Source of the DNA: Pseudobacteriovorax sp.
Lineage (GTDB): Bacteria > Bdellovibrionota_B > Oligoflexia > Oligoflexales > Oligoflexaceae
Length of the DNA stretch: 35,693 nt
Assembly: GCA_050293845.1 (NCBI GenBank)
Contig: JBNKNM010000038.1
Location: 1 to 35,693 of the forward strand
Direction: 5' to 3'
Shown piece by piece: positions 1 through 9,146 of the stretch. The notes beneath the pieces are model-generated. The model did no database searches and was not told the DNA's origin. It saw only the letters and a program-made list of their open reading frames with translations. The stretch's first letter is position 1, and each line of letters opens with the position of its first letter. The position numbers were made by a program, and so were the translations under genes.

Positions 1-150
1 TGAAAATGCCTTTCGGGCTCGTTTTATATTCAAATTATCTAAATCAATTGCCTATATCTTAACCAGCTATTCGAATAGCTAATTGACTGTTATCATATAG
101 CTATTTTTCTGAAAAGACGCAGCTTTCATCGCTGGTGCGAAGGGGCCTAG

Positions 151-199
151 GAATCCCCCACTATAGCCACATCAGGGTTTAGTGGCGGGAGGACGTCAA
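151..199 (+). mobile_element. IS200/IS605-family right end (subterminal hairpin; PATE or TnpB omegaRNA 3'-end-like)
   Basis: GAAT (151-154) directly precedes an imperfect hairpin CCCCCACTA...TAGTGG-C-GGG (155-189, one bulged C), followed by AGGACG and TCAA (196-199). GAAT guide and TCAA cleavage tetranucleotide match the IS608-type right-end layout. No tnpA/tnpB coding remnant recognised in 1-150. Confidence 0.75.
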
Positions 200-1218
200 A
201 AAGCAAAGCCAATATAGAACTTTGTTAAAAAAACTGTTCCAACATTGTCGGGTCGTAGCTCTTCTGCTGCTGCTAGAAATTGAGTTCCTCCCGGCAATCC
301 AGCGGAAGCCTGCGCCAGCTTATCCTTAGGCAGCTGGTTACCATCGTTTTCCAGTCTAATTTTAGATAGGGGGGCAGCCAGGCTGATCCAGTCAAAGCCG
401 ATATTAAAATAGGAAAGTTGCCATTTATTACCGATGGCGAACTCAAATATAGCGTCAGCGAAGCTTTGTGCATAAACAGGAGCTTGGATAGAACCTGACC
501 CATTTGGATTGTCTACAGCGGCTATTCCTACTAAAGTATTGATACGGGCTCCGATGCCAGCGTTAGTGTAGAAGCTGTTGCCAAAGAAGTTTTTGATTCT
601 TATGACAGCGGCTTTTGCTTCCAGGGTTTCAGTAACGGGAAATAGATCACTGCTTTCATTATCAATGCCGCTGCGGTTACCCTGGGAGTAGTTGAACTCC
701 AGTACTGTATTGTGGGACAGGTAAGTACCTAACGCTAATCCAGCAGTGATTGTGGGTCCCACTGCCACACCCCCTTCAAGATCCAATGAATAGTCTTTTC
801 TAAGACGTGCTCTTTCACTACCCTTAGCTTTGTAACTGATTTCGTAGGGACTCTTCTTGCTCTTTTTAGAGCTAGCTGATTTAGAGAGGTTTTTGGATCT
901 ATTCTCTCCCCTTACTAGGGTAACTTTAGTACCAAATTTGAAGTTTGGTAAATTCTTTTTTCTCATCTTCAGTTCAACAAGTATTTCCTGACGACGAATA
1001 GCCTTCACGATTCCATGAAACTGTTGTGACATTCCTGAAGCCATGAAATAGATTTCACCGCCTTTTTGAACCGACTTCAATTCGTTTCGATTTAAATTTA
1101 AAGTGACCTTGTTAGATGGTTTTTTACTTGTTCTAGATATAGTCGCGGCATAACTTATGGAACTGAAAAAAGTTGCAGCGACTATTAGATGATGAAAGTT
1201 CATTTGATATCTTCCCAT
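196..1218 (-). CDS. Secreted protein with a probable C-terminal outer-membrane beta-barrel
   Basis: Signal-peptide-like N-terminus (likely start ATG 1203, MNFHHLIVAATFFSSISYA), Lys/Ser-rich linker, alternating beta-strand pattern, ends in YIGFAF (terminal Phe beta-signal). Confidence 0.7.
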   Translation of the reverse strand: MGRYQMNFHHLIVAATFFSSISYAATISRTSKKPSNKVTLNLNRNELKSVQKGGEIYFMASGMSQQFHGIVKAIRRQEILVELKMRKKNLPNFKFGTKVTLVRGENRSKNLSKSASSKKSKKSPYEISYKAKGSERARLRKDYSLDLEGGVAVGPTITAGLALGTYLSHNTVLEFNYSQGNRSGIDNESSDLFPVTETLEAKAAVIRIKNFFGNSFYTNAGIGARINTLVGIAAVDNPNGSGSIQAPVYAQSFADAIFEFAIGNKWQLSYFNIGFDWISLAAPLSKIRLENDGNQLPKDKLAQASAGLPGGTQFLAAAEELRPDNVGTVFLTKFYIGFAF

Positions 1219-1254
1219 TTAGCAGTCCTACCTTAGACAAACCTCGACACTCTC

Positions 1255-1281
1255 TATTCGGAATATTATGTAAAAAATGTA
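1255..1281 (-). promoter_or_regulatory. Putative sigma28 (FliA)-type promoter for 196..1218
   Basis: Minus strand reads TACA-N15-TCCGAATA against consensus TAAA-N15-GCCGATAA, with exact spacing, 37-52 nt upstream of the candidate starts. Confidence 0.4.
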
Positions 1282-1377
1282 ATAATAAGATCTAACTGTC
1301 GGTTTTTTAATGGGATTTAGAGTTTAATTTATGGGAAAGAATTTAGGGAAAATACAAGATTTCCCCTATATTAAAGA

Positions 1378-2760
1378 CTAGTATACAATACGGAAGACAA
1401 CCCTTCTATTTATTTGTCGACCTTGATAATTGCCATTATCAGCAACAGGACGAAATTCCCCATAAGTTAAAACTTTAATACGAGATTCATCCAGGTTCTT
1501 AGCTTTCACTAAATACTGTTTGATCGTTTCTGCCCTGCGACGACCCAGGCCGATATTATAGTCTTCAGAGCCAATAGAGTCGGTGTGACCTTCAATGATG
1601 ATCTTTTTGTATCCGCTTCTTTCAAGGTGATTAGCCAGAGCATCAAGAGCGCTCTTAGCACCAGCCACAACTTGATATGCCGAGTCAAATGCAAAATTAA
1701 CATCCCGAAGCACGAACACATCATCCCCAATTCCTGGAGGTTCGGGTGGGAAGCTATCGGACTTAGAACTTAATGAAGTGGGAAGCTTAGGTGATGGAGA
1801 AGAAGACGGATTCCTTGATCTCTTCGGCTTCTTTCTATGAGTTAGTTTCACTTTAGTACTGGAATAATTACCAGTTACATAATTAATCCCAGTGTATACG
1901 CGCCAGTCCGGGGATGCCGTTCCATGACTCATTTCCGTGGAACCTCCAATATGAACGGCGATATTACGGCTGAAGTCATACTTGAATCCCAATAGAGCTT
2001 CAGATGCTGATACGTCTCGGGTGGAACCGCTGGAGGTCTCTTTCACAGGAGAGGCGATAAAGATTTCGAAAATAACTTTAGTATCGATAAAGGGAATAAG
2101 CTGACTCACAGCAGTTGATGCAATGACCTGATCCTCAAGAGGTTCGATGGGCGAGTTGGATATGGGGTCCCCAGGATTCCGTTTACGGTATCCGATATTG
2201 ATAGCTAAGGCCGTCTTATATAGCAGGATATCGGCTACAAATTCCAGGTTAAGAATAGGACCAGGGTCAGATCCAGCGTAGGGATTGTTTTGGGTTAAGT
2301 TTTGGTTGATGGAGCCGACCAGGGCTAAGCCACCATCGGAGTCACCAAGGAATCGCCATTTAAGGTTGCTGCGGATTTCGGTGACACCTGTATTTTCAAA
2401 TTCACCTCTGGATCCATCTAATGTGTTGTTTTGATAGACGATTGAAGGAACAGATATACCAATATCTATTGTTTTGGTTATACCTAAGCCGAAATTAAAA
2501 TCATTAGCCAGAATGGAATCATTGATAGAGCTGCTGCGTGCATCCGCTGTATCAGACTGATAGCGCGGCAGAGTGTTTACAGCATAGTTGAGAAACAGTC
2601 CGAAATTGGCGATACCAGGAATGAGAGTTTCTGAAGAGTGTACCGTAACAAAGTCCAGTCCATTTGTCGTAGCGTTGAAGTTTTGTAAGTCGCTACCGGT
2701 GACGTTGGCTGCCAATGGAGTGCTACACAGGAGCATCAGCAACGTAACAAGGCTTCGCAC
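1378..2760 (-). CDS. OmpA-family outer-membrane protein (N-terminal beta-barrel, Pro/Ser linker, OmpA_C peptidoglycan-binding domain)
   Basis: Signal peptide; GTG start with GGAG SD; OmpA_C motifs VNFAFDS, IEGHTDSIGSEDYNIGLGRRRA and NRRV. Confidence 0.88.
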   Translation of the reverse strand: MRSLVTLLMLLCSTPLAANVTGSDLQNFNATTNGLDFVTVHSSETLIPGIANFGLFLNYAVNTLPRYQSDTADARSSSINDSILANDFNFGLGITKTIDIGISVPSIVYQNNTLDGSRGEFENTGVTEIRSNLKWRFLGDSDGGLALVGSINQNLTQNNPYAGSDPGPILNLEFVADILLYKTALAINIGYRKRNPGDPISNSPIEPLEDQVIASTAVSQLIPFIDTKVIFEIFIASPVKETSSGSTRDVSASEALLGFKYDFSRNIAVHIGGSTEMSHGTASPDWRVYTGINYVTGNYSSTKVKLTHRKKPKRSRNPSSSPSPKLPTSLSSKSDSFPPEPPGIGDDVFVLRDVNFAFDSAYQVVAGAKSALDALANHLERSGYKKIIIEGHTDSIGSEDYNIGLGRRRAETIKQYLVKAKNLDESRIKVLTYGEFRPVADNGNYQGRQINRRVVFRIVY

Positions 2761-2850
2761 AAAATATCTCCTTATCTTTGATTCTGCTGCTAATTTGTAA
2801 ACTAGAAGGTGGATGAGATTGCTCAGTATTCTGATACAGCAGACTTAGTA

Positions 2851-2859
2851 ATTATAGCA
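2851..2859 (-). promoter_or_regulatory. Extended -10 promoter element upstream of the OmpA-family gene
   Basis: Minus strand TGCTATAAT is a perfect TGnTATAAT about 90 nt upstream of the start; no convincing -35. Confidence 0.5.
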
Positions 2860-2937
2860 TAATGTGACATAGTTATAAGTTGTCTTGGAGAGGATCGTCC
2901 AGGCTGTGAAAAAAATTACCCTTTCTGAAACTTTTTC

Positions 2938-2978
2938 TTGACGATTTCCTGAGACTCTCGTAAAAGATCCCCACTCCG
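2938..2978 (+). promoter_or_regulatory. Putative sigma70 promoter of the tRNA pair
   Basis: TTGACG (2938-2943), N17, TAAAAG (2961-2966, imperfect -10), then a GC-rich discriminator-like stretch before tRNA-Lys. Confidence 0.4.
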
Positions 2979-2993
2979 CTAAGCGGGGCTTGA

Positions 2994-3066
2994 GGGCTCT
3001 TAGCTCAGCTGGTAGAGCAGCACACTTTTAATGTGCGGGTCGCTGGTTCGAATCCAGCAGGGCTCA
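2994..3066 (+). tRNA. tRNA-Lys (anticodon TTT), CCA not encoded
   Basis: Cloverleaf: acceptor GGGCTCT/AGGGCTC, D arm GCTC/GAGC, anticodon arm GCACA-CT TTT AA-TGTGC, T arm GCTGG-TTCGAAT-CCAGC, discriminator A followed by CTT. Confidence 0.96.
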
Positions 3067-3080
3067 CTTACTATCGTAAT

Positions 3081-3158
3081 GTCTCCATCGTCTAGCCTGG
3101 CCTAGGACACCGCCCTTTCACGGCGGCGACGCGGGTTCAAATCCCGCTGGAGATGCCA
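3081..3158 (+). tRNA. tRNA-Glu (anticodon TTC), CCA encoded
   Basis: Acceptor GTCTCCA/TGGAGAT, anticodon arm CCGCC-CT TTC AC-GGCGG, T arm GCGGG-TTCAAAT-CCCGC, discriminator G plus CCA. Confidence 0.96.
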
Positions 3159-3216
3159 TTATGGCTTATAAATTATCCCTATACATTTTAATTGTTTACA
3201 TGATGCTAGTTCAAAA

Positions 3217-3831
3217 TCAGAGGGCTTCGGTGCTGATGCGAAAGAGCTGCATGGAGTGCTTTTCCTCAACTACGATGGAAAGAGGATATTTTCTTAGTTC
3301 CTCTATAAATTTATGGCTGTATATCCGTTTAGGATCAGAAATGATAGCCGTGGACGAGGTCGATATCTGCTGAGATATGAAATGAGCTAAAGTTGAATAA
3401 TTCTGTGGCTCATAAAGAATATCGCTTGCAATGATAAAGTCTTGGGGAGGGATCTGGGCTTCCTGACGCCAATCAAGCTGCTTAAATCTAATTCGGCATC
3501 CATTCAGACGGCAATTAGCTGCTACATAATGAGCTGTATCAGGGTGAAAGTCGCTGGCCGTAACTTCAGCCCCCTTAAGAGCGCATAATACACTGGGAAC
3601 ACCTAATCCACAGCCGATTTCCAATACTTTCTTGCCTTTGAGGTCCCAGCTTGCCAGTTCCTCCAAAAGAACTTGCGCTGATGGCCATAGGGTGCCATAG
3701 AGAGGTACATTATCATCATGGCTCAAGTGGTCGATAGCCTGTGATACCACGGAATTAAAATCACGAAAGCTATAGTATTCTAAAAAATACTCGCCGACCC
3801 GAATACTTTGTTTATGGCTGAGATGTTTCAC
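3217..3831 (-). CDS. Class I SAM-dependent methyltransferase (Methyltransf_16/METTL21-like)
   Basis: Motifs YGTLWPSA, VLEIGCGLG, LDW and IIASDILYE; overlaps the cupin stop, suggesting an operon. Confidence 0.85.
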   Translation of the reverse strand: MKHLSHKQSIRVGEYFLEYYSFRDFNSVVSQAIDHLSHDDNVPLYGTLWPSAQVLLEELASWDLKGKKVLEIGCGLGVPSVLCALKGAEVTASDFHPDTAHYVAANCRLNGCRIRFKQLDWRQEAQIPPQDFIIASDILYEPQNYSTLAHFISQQISTSSTAIISDPKRIYSHKFIEELRKYPLSIVVEEKHSMQLFRISTEAL

Positions 3832-4330
3832 TGAGAATCAGCCTTCTATAGCTTGGTGAAAGAGTGAAATCCGACAAATCTTTTGGGGTTGCCAAAGTGA
3901 AGTCCTTAAAATCGAAACCTGGGGCGACGGTGCAGCCTACCAGGGTAAAGGCATCTTGAGTGGAGTCGGGAATATGGGCAGCAAACCAATGACCAGCGGG
4001 GACGATATGCTGGAGGGTTTGACCTTGGTCTACATTAGGACCAAGGATCGTTGCTTTGGTGCCCCCATTCTTAGCGAGTTCAAATATTTCGAGGGGGGCT
4101 CCCACGTGAAAGTGCCAAACTTCGTCGGACTTAATGCGGTGAAAGTGGGATACTTGGTTCGCTTTTAACAGAAAATATATGGCTGTCGAAAAATTCCGTG
4201 AGCCATGGCAATCTTCATGGAGATCCTTTTCAGGAATGGTTCCGGTAGCGCGATAGGTTTCCCGGTAAAACCCTCCTTCTGGGTGAGGAATCAGTTGAAG
4301 TTGTTGAATGTAGTCTTCAGCCTTTAGCAA
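3812..4330 (-). CDS. Cupin_5 (DUF985) family protein
   Basis: Motifs PHPEGGFYRETYR, STAIYFLL, FHRIKSDEVWHFH and LVGCTVAPGFDFKDF. Start moved to TTG 4330, which follows an AAGGAGG SD. Confidence 0.9.
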   Translation of the reverse strand: MLKAEDYIQQLQLIPHPEGGFYRETYRATGTIPEKDLHEDCHGSRNFSTAIYFLLKANQVSHFHRIKSDEVWHFHVGAPLEIFELAKNGGTKATILGPNVDQGQTLQHIVPAGHWFAAHIPDSTQDAFTLVGCTVAPGFDFKDFTLATPKDLSDFTLSPSYRRLILSETSQP

Positions 4331-4459
4331 GTTATCCTCCTTACGTTGAAAGAAATACACTTAATTTCAGGTGAAAATAGCGAATCTTGTTCGCATCATT
4401 GACAAGCTAGGAGTTCAAAGAAAATGCGACTTCAATGTTTCAGATTCCAGCTTAATCCC

Positions 4460-5224
4460 TTATAGTAGTGACTTATACAGCGCCCGGACTTCTATGCGAA
4501 GATCAACATCGTTATGGGAGCTACCATCGTCAAGTATTGGTGTATCATAGTTATAAGAGACGGTTGCATACTCAAAACCAATGCCGCCGTGTAGCTCCAA
4601 GCCTGCAACATCGACAAAATCTGCCCAACCATGTCCGACAATGGCAATGAGTGACAGGTTGGATATACTGAAATTTTTGTGATCATAATAACGAAAGTCA
4701 CCACGGAAATCTAAGTAGGAGTTTCGCGAGCTTCGGAAGGCATGGGTGTGGTATCCAGCCGCAAGTTGATAGCCTAAGGCTTCCTCGAATATGGTCACCC
4801 CTAGCTTATAATGTATTTTAGCCGTGGATTTTCTATAGTTTACGCCGCGAAAATAAACGCGAAAATCTGAATTTTCAGGAAGAAAAGCAGCGCCAAGCCA
4901 GTTTTTATCCCCTAGGGCCCCTGTTAAGAGGTGTTCGCCACCCAGGCTGAGATACTCACCCTTAAGTTCTGGAATATCTAAGTACAATTGTGTGGAACGG
5001 TTGAAATAGTAACTAGTATGAAGATTTTTAATTGTGTCAGTAGTATATGCGGCATGGGAGCCTACTTGGATAGATCCAACAAAAAGGTTAGGTTGAACTT
5101 TAGGGTCGTAGGGATCATGGTATTTGGTCTGGTTAATAGTTCGTAAGAAATTTCGATGTTGTCCATATGCTTGAAAGCAGAATATTATTGAACCCAACAA
5201 AAAAGTGATAGCAATACTTGTCAT
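4460..5224 (-). CDS. Hypothetical exported protein, possibly beta-barrel
   Basis: 254 aa ORF with GGAG SD, a signal-peptide-like N-terminus and aromatic-rich amphipathic strands. Confidence 0.6.
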   Translation of the reverse strand: MTSIAITFLLGSIIFCFQAYGQHRNFLRTINQTKYHDPYDPKVQPNLFVGSIQVGSHAAYTTDTIKNLHTSYYFNRSTQLYLDIPELKGEYLSLGGEHLLTGALGDKNWLGAAFLPENSDFRVYFRGVNYRKSTAKIHYKLGVTIFEEALGYQLAAGYHTHAFRSSRNSYLDFRGDFRYYDHKNFSISNLSLIAIVGHGWADFVDVAGLELHGGIGFEYATVSYNYDTPILDDGSSHNDVDLRIEVRALYKSLL

Positions 5225-5334
5225 CTTAACAACTCCATGGAATAGCGACCGACTATTTTATATTCTACAATATATGGTTCGGAAAACCTTGAGACACCAT
5301 AAAAAGATGCTAGTTGCCAGAGTGGGAAGGTTTT

Positions 5335-6552
5335 TCACAACCGGACTGTTTCTAGCAAGCTTGCTACGGACACTTTACCATGTCTATCTTTAGGTAAACT
5401 ATCGATAATTTGGAATAAATCAGGGCAAGGGTTATCGGTAATGGAACGGTATCTTGCTTGTATTACCGCTGGTGATAGCGATACCTCGCTTTTTAAAACG
5501 ATCCATGCTAGCAGTATGCCGCCTTTCGGCCGATTCTCATCGACTAAAAAATGAGCTTTAGTTGCTATGACCCCTTCGAGTTGGAGAATCTTTTTTTCAA
5601 TATCAGCAAGATCCCATCTTTTTCCTGAGAATTTAAATACCCTATCGATCCGGCCAAGATGAAGAAAATGACCTTTTGTTGTTTCTAGCAGGCGATCCTG
5701 CAAAGGAAATTCACTATATTCTGGAGCAAAAGCAGAGTTCAACAATTGTTTTTTGTGCCTTGTAACGATTGAAACCCCTTCAAAAAATTTGTACGGGCTA
5801 TTGCTCTCTAGTAGGGATTTGTATCCAATGCCTCCTGTCTCTGTGCTACCCAGAATTTCTATAGCTTCTTCACAATAATCGTTATAAGCTAGTTGCAATT
5901 CTGTAGCGCGTCTGTCGCCAAAACTTGCACCTGAGCTAACTAAGAGGTGGACGTTATTTTGTTTAAGGTAGAGTTTTACTGCTGACCACTGCGCTGGAAC
6001 AGTCAACAAAATTTGGCAATCGCTGTTTAGCGTGGATAAATTGATGCTATCGATATAATTGACCTGACTTTGTGTAGCGATAGGTAACAAAAATGAATGG
6101 ATAAAACCGTAGATATGGACAGGTGATACTAGAGAAATAGTCAAGCCCCGTGATATCAATGAGAATTGATCTTTGAAAGCATTGACTTCGTTAATGAGGC
6201 CATCTAGGCGCCGGGTTATAACTTTGGGTTTTCCAGTGGATCCTGAAGTTGAAAAACCTATTTCCCACAAAGGATCAAGCTTCAAAGTTCTTTGCACTGA
6301 ATTTCTATCAGCTTTCTTGTCTAAGTGATCGTAGAAAATGGTACTATGCAACATTTTTTTGGGATCTAATATCGGTTTAGTATTATTGAACCAGGCAGCA
6401 AGAACCAAAATAAGTACTTCAATTTCGTGTTGACTATGGATGACGACTTCCGATGCTGGATTTATTTGATTCGCGACAGATTCTGCTTTGCTAATTAAAT
6501 CTTCTAGACTCCATAGAAGCTTTTCATTTGCTTTTTGCCATTGACTGCTCAT
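5335..6552 (-). CDS. AMP-binding acyl-ACP/CoA synthetase (ApeH-like)
   Basis: STSGSTGKPK P-loop, HIYG, GSTETGG, GRIDRVFK and GKV. Confidence 0.85.
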   Translation of the reverse strand: MSSQWQKANEKLLWSLEDLISKAESVANQINPASEVVIHSQHEIEVLILVLAAWFNNTKPILDPKKMLHSTIFYDHLDKKADRNSVQRTLKLDPLWEIGFSTSGSTGKPKVITRRLDGLINEVNAFKDQFSLISRGLTISLVSPVHIYGFIHSFLLPIATQSQVNYIDSINLSTLNSDCQILLTVPAQWSAVKLYLKQNNVHLLVSSGASFGDRRATELQLAYNDYCEEAIEILGSTETGGIGYKSLLESNSPYKFFEGVSIVTRHKKQLLNSAFAPEYSEFPLQDRLLETTKGHFLHLGRIDRVFKFSGKRWDLADIEKKILQLEGVIATKAHFLVDENRPKGGILLAWIVLKSEVSLSPAVIQARYRSITDNPCPDLFQIIDSLPKDRHGKVSVASLLETVRL

Positions 6553-6553
6553 T

Positions 6554-7045
6554 TCAATAACACCTTACAGATGTGGTGGTAATAGTTACTTTATAGCTAT
6601 TTTTAAAGGTTAATGAAAGCAACTTAGGAAATAGGCAACCGTCATAGTTATTAAGTTCAAGAATTATAAATTTGCCATTTGCTAAGGGGTAGAGTCGGTC
6701 TGACTCAATTTGTCCTAGATTGTATATGGTCTCGATGCTTTGTATGATCTGAAAAACAGGGATATCAATTTTCTCAATATACCACTTTTCAATAACGTTC
6801 CCATTTTTTTGTTTAATTTGCACTAGGGGAGTGGAAAATGTTGGATCAAGAAAGATAAGGGTCGTTACAGTCCCATCATATTTAAGTTGGGATAATAACG
6901 ATTTCACAAGACCTTTGTGCCTAAAAGTAATGATTTGTTCAGTCATAAATGCAGTGGGAAGATTTGCTTTCTGATGCCCATCTCGATCTATCGTGGTACA
7001 CCCAATAAACCCCATAAAGTAAATGTGAGCAAGTAAAAATCTCAT
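6554..7045 (-). CDS. Putative lipoprotein, ApeN/DUF3261-like
   Basis: Lipobox-like FIGC; position directly after the MMPL gene as in APE clusters. Sequence is divergent, so the call rests mainly on synteny. Confidence 0.55.
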   Translation of the reverse strand: MRFLLAHIYFMGFIGCTTIDRDGHQKANLPTAFMTEQIITFRHKGLVKSLLSQLKYDGTVTTLIFLDPTFSTPLVQIKQKNGNVIEKWYIEKIDIPVFQIIQSIETIYNLGQIESDRLYPLANGKFIILELNNYDGCLFPKLLSLTFKNSYKVTITTTSVRCY

Positions 7046-7047
7046 GG

Positions 7048-9108
7048 CTATGATTCTACCTCGAGTCGGAAAAATAAGCAGAAAATTAAAGAAGTTGTTG
7101 TACCGATAGTCACAGTTATTCCTAAATCATGAATAACTGGATGATCGGCAAAGATTAATACGGAGAAGGAGGAGAGAGCCATAAGCCCAGTAATGATCAC
7201 CTTAGAGAGGTCGACGATAGCGTGCCGTGAACTTACTAGAATAGCAGAGTAATCCAACGACAGGGCAATAACAAGTGAAAAGCCCATAGTATGAATAATG
7301 TTAATGGATCTTTCAAACCACTGGACATATAATATCATCACAGCAAATGATAAGAACAGAGGTGTGAAAATATACAAGATCTTCATAAAATCTCTTTGCC
7401 AGGGAACAAGATAAAAAGCCATGACTAGGAGTCCTATCAAGAAAAAAACAATAAGCTCACCTTGCAATGTCGTCAATATCCAGTTGTAAAAGCCTTTTGG
7501 AAAAAGAGGGACGGCCCCTTCGGGAAGATACTTCGGTTGAGATAGTGTTAGAAATAGTCTTTGCTTTTCACCTTTAAGTAACCAATCAATAGTAAACTCA
7601 GACCATAAATCAAGATAGTTCTCCACCTTTAGCGAAGAGAAATGATAAGCCTTACTCCCAAGCTTTAAGGTAATTTCAGATTTCTTTAACATGTCATCTA
7701 GTTTTTGTGTTTGCACATTCAATTTTCGACTAAGCTGAAGTAGCTGAGCTGGGGCAAGGTCTTTGAAAAGATTCAGTGGGTGAAATCCCATATCTTTGCT
7801 TCTAAAAGAATCAAACGTTTTGAATATTTCCCCCGATTTTGTGGGAATAGCATAAAGATTAGCTATATTCAGATTTTCAAGATTACGGTTTAGATTTTCC
7901 GTTCTTTTCTCTAAGTCTTGTGGTGCAAAACGAAACTCTTCTATATTAGTGGCAAAGTTTAAGTGGCTACTTAGCAAAATGATTGGCAATATAATAGTCC
8001 AAAGAACTACTAAAAATTTACTAGAAATTTTAATATAAGGAAGCGAAATTTTCCTAAATTCTATCTTTTTTAATTTGTTCTGGAAGAGAAAAAGAAATGA
8101 TAAAAATCCGATCATGCCGGCAATCGATACTACTCCAATTTGACTAATGATGGGATTACGAGAAAATAGAAGGATTAGGAATCCTATGAGTGTAGTTCCT
8201 ATAGCAGATCCTAAACCCACCAATGCTTTCCATGAGTGCTCTTTAATTCCAGAAAAATGAATTAGGTATTCATTATTGAATCCTACAAAGGTTGAAGTAA
8301 AAGTTAATACAATAGTAAAAATAAATGAATAAAACAGACTCACTGCCAACAAGCCAAATACATAAGAGACACTTGTTCCAACAATTAGAATAGCTAAAAG
8401 ACTTATGCTTGGACATAAGTAGTAGAAAATTAGAAGACCAAACACTAAGGAAGCAATTGAGCAAAAAAGTATATCCCTTTTTATTATTGTGTAATTGGCA
8501 AGCGCAAAAAAATCAGCTCCAGTCCAATTTCCTTTCGGATTAAATTGTTTTAGGTAGCTTTCCACTTTCTGAATATCATTAAAGTCCAATGGTCCCTTTC
8601 TTTCAAAGATTAGAACCTTCCTTCCCTTGTAAAATGATGAGCTTTTCATAAAGCTTTCAACGACGAGTTCAGCCATACCTAAGGGATCTTGGTCAAGATT
8701 TTTTAGATAAGAGCTCGATCCAGGGGTATAGACGAGGTCACGAATGGTGTTAAACCTTTTTTCCACAAAATTCGCTTGCTCCAATTTATCCAGAATATCA
8801 TTAAAATATGGGATCAATTGTTTTATTTTAATGCGGTCCAAGCTATTTAGTGCGATGAATTTTGTAGGAAAGTATTTGCTTTGTGATAACTCATATTCTA
8901 GTTCTTGTTCTGATATACCGTGATGTTGAAGTTCGATAAAAATTTTATTCTTCGAGAATCGATCCGCTTGAAAATTTCGAAAGAGTTTAGATTCCTCGGG
9001 AAATGAGGCATCGAGAGCGCTAAGAAGATCCTGCTCTAAATTAAACTTATCTACTGAAAAATAAGCTATAATAATTAATGCCAATACGAAACTGATGGCT
9101 TTTTTCAT
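7048..9108 (-). CDS. MMPL/RND-like exporter (ApeM-like)
   Basis: Two repeats of one TM, a periplasmic loop and about five TMs; ALSLDYS and DLGITVTIG motifs. Confidence 0.8.
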   Translation of the reverse strand: MKKAISFVLALIIIAYFSVDKFNLEQDLLSALDASFPEESKLFRNFQADRFSKNKIFIELQHHGISEQELEYELSQSKYFPTKFIALNSLDRIKIKQLIPYFNDILDKLEQANFVEKRFNTIRDLVYTPGSSSYLKNLDQDPLGMAELVVESFMKSSSFYKGRKVLIFERKGPLDFNDIQKVESYLKQFNPKGNWTGADFFALANYTIIKRDILFCSIASLVFGLLIFYYLCPSISLLAILIVGTSVSYVFGLLAVSLFYSFIFTIVLTFTSTFVGFNNEYLIHFSGIKEHSWKALVGLGSAIGTTLIGFLILLFSRNPIISQIGVVSIAGMIGFLSFLFLFQNKLKKIEFRKISLPYIKISSKFLVVLWTIILPIILLSSHLNFATNIEEFRFAPQDLEKRTENLNRNLENLNIANLYAIPTKSGEIFKTFDSFRSKDMGFHPLNLFKDLAPAQLLQLSRKLNVQTQKLDDMLKKSEITLKLGSKAYHFSSLKVENYLDLWSEFTIDWLLKGEKQRLFLTLSQPKYLPEGAVPLFPKGFYNWILTTLQGELIVFFLIGLLVMAFYLVPWQRDFMKILYIFTPLFLSFAVMILYVQWFERSINIIHTMGFSLVIALSLDYSAILVSSRHAIVDLSKVIITGLMALSSFSVLIFADHPVIHDLGITVTIGTTTSLIFCLFFRLEVES

Positions 9109-9146
9109 CTTTTCCCTTTATTACTATAGCTGAAAAACTAGAAGCA

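Noticed and set aside
1..150. TnpB C-terminal coding remnant upstream of the IS right end
   Set aside because: The three forward frames show no zinc-finger or DRDxNAAxNI-like motif and all stop by position 82.
2863..2878. CRP-like site TGTGA-N6-TATAA upstream of the OmpA-family gene
   Set aside because: Only one good half-site in an AT-rich region; a similar lone TGTGA at 25442 was dismissed likewise.
3135..3158. tRNA-Glu 3' end as an integration site for the APE cluster
   Set aside because: No duplicated tRNA 3' end and no integrase seen in the window (search by eye only).
3217..3831. Methyltransferase as a stand-in for the missing ApeB
   Set aside because: Motifs fit the Methyltransf_16 family, it is coupled to the cupin gene, and it is separated from the cluster by an unrelated gene.
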